From Tubiluchus corallicola (lineage: Eukaryota; Animalia; Priapulida): a DNA stretch of 64,000 nucleotides. The position numbers and the translations under genes were made by a program. The stretch is from positions 51,082-115,081 of the forward strand of contig JAQGDQ010000672.1 in NCBI GenBank assembly GCA_030141605.1. The letters are read 5' to 3'. The notes below the pieces were generated by a model. That model searched no databases. It saw nothing but the letters and a program-made list of their open reading frames with translations, and was not told the origin of the DNA. Below are positions 62,724 through 64,000 of this stretch, in pieces (within the stretch, counting starts at the first letter, position 1; each line of letters opens with the position of its first letter).

Positions 62724-64000
62724 TGTAACGACCAGCTTAGCATATATCTTTGTATTTGTAACTAGATTTAGTTATTACTAACTTAACTTCGTTGTAGAAC
62801 GAGATATGTTTTTCTAGCCAATGTAAACTTTACGGTAGTATACGTAATTTAGTTTGGGCTGTATAAAATTGTTGCTTATAGCTGTTCAATGTATAAACCA
62901 GGTGTTACACTTTAGTTATGCGCATAGGTCAAATCTAGGGTAAACTCGTCGAACGGATATGCAAATACGGGTTATCCTGCTATAGTGTTATTGAAGCCAG
63001 ACTATTAGACAACCGGCTTTAGAGGTCTTTTCACACAGATGTGTAGGGAACGACGTGGCTCTTGGCAAGAGTGACTTGTGGGCAGATATAATGCTGGACA
63101 GTTTTTTTTACTTTTGTTTTGCTTCTTTGCATATAAATCGTGCAACTTTAGCTGGCTCTACCAAACGCTAATGTTTAGTGAAAGTTCCAACTACGTGTTA
63201 GTGACTATTTGTGTGGGCAGTTCTAGTATCAAGCCCAGTTCTCCATTTGCTTACATCGAGTTACGTTGTGACATCTGACGTGAAAAACCAAACTACCGTT
63301 CTACCAACGCAGGACGCTTCCGAGAACGACTCCCATCTGCTTATGACTTCGCAGTTCAGCTATGCTCTAAACACCCGGGTGTGCACACCGATGTTGTGGA
63401 TCCGCCACCTTCGTCGTCGTGCTGCCGCCGATAAGTATTGCAGACGTATGCTTTCATTGATGCTGAGACTGTAAGTGATAAATTCTCGTTTCTTTTGTTT
63501 AACTACTAGGCCACCGCCTGTTGCTTCCTTTTGTACAACGATACTTGCTTCGACTGGCAGTGGCTGGTAAAACTAAGACTCAGTTCAAAGTGCTGATAGC
63601 TTACATTACAACCTCGTGTGGATGGAGCTTTACTTTATGGACATACTATTAACAAGCGTTGGTGAACTGTTAGATTATTTTATTTTGTTAGCCAAAGGTA
63701 ATTTTTGGGTATTGTTTGTAGCATCTGAAAGTATTACCGGTCAGTAAACTTTGAGTAGTGTAGCAATACATGTTTATTGAATGGGTACCCGGGTACAAAT
63801 TAACTGCTGTCATTTGGTTTGAACTAATTTTATATTATCAACATTTATGAATATTAAAGGCTTATCTTATCATAAAAACTGCATAAAATTAGTTTCACGT
63901 TTTGTGTTCAAGAAATATATTGAGTAAAAACTGAGTAGTATGACACACGCTACCAAACAATAAGAGCGCTGATTGCTCATACTTGATTGTGAGATCCGCC
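62724..64000 (+). repeat. 3' LTR (last ~11 bp beyond the window)
   Basis: Near-identical to 56325-57603. Confidence 0.95.

Larger units (their letters stand above)
56325..64000 (+). mobile_element. Gmr1-like Ty3/Gypsy LTR retrotransposon, near full length (runs just off the window)
   Basis: Two near-identical LTRs, PBS, PPT, and a gag-PR-IN-RT-RH polyprotein. Confidence 0.95.

Overview
AT-rich, repeat-dense animal (probably bilaterian invertebrate) genomic DNA with spliceosomal introns; nothing prokaryotic and no CRISPR array. Four minus-strand genes can be spliced together by hand: the first two exons of WEE1; a two-exon LRR surface protein with signal peptide, LRRNT, LRRs, LRRCT, a minisatellite-encoded Thr/Ser/Pro stalk and a hydrophobic tail (VLR/GPIb-alpha-like layout); a two-exon cytochrome-b5-fusion desaturase resembling sphingolipid delta-8 desaturases, with an atypical HIEHH third box and an 11.8-kb satellite-filled intron; and a three-exon GT49 (B4GAT1-like) glycosyltransferase. 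Also present are an orphan sulfotransferase last exon and a small coiled-coil ORF. A young, nearly intact Gmr1-type (PR-IN-RT-RH) Ty3/Gypsy LTR retrotransposon occupies the right end. The remainder is Penelope-like ends with hammerhead-like cores, LINE 3' ends, an RTE remnant, Kolobok-, piggyBac-, hAT- and Tc1-type MITEs, many hairpin-containing minisatellites and microsatellites. I cannot demonstrate a new biological system from sequence alone; the best leads are the desaturase and the VLR-like LRR gene.
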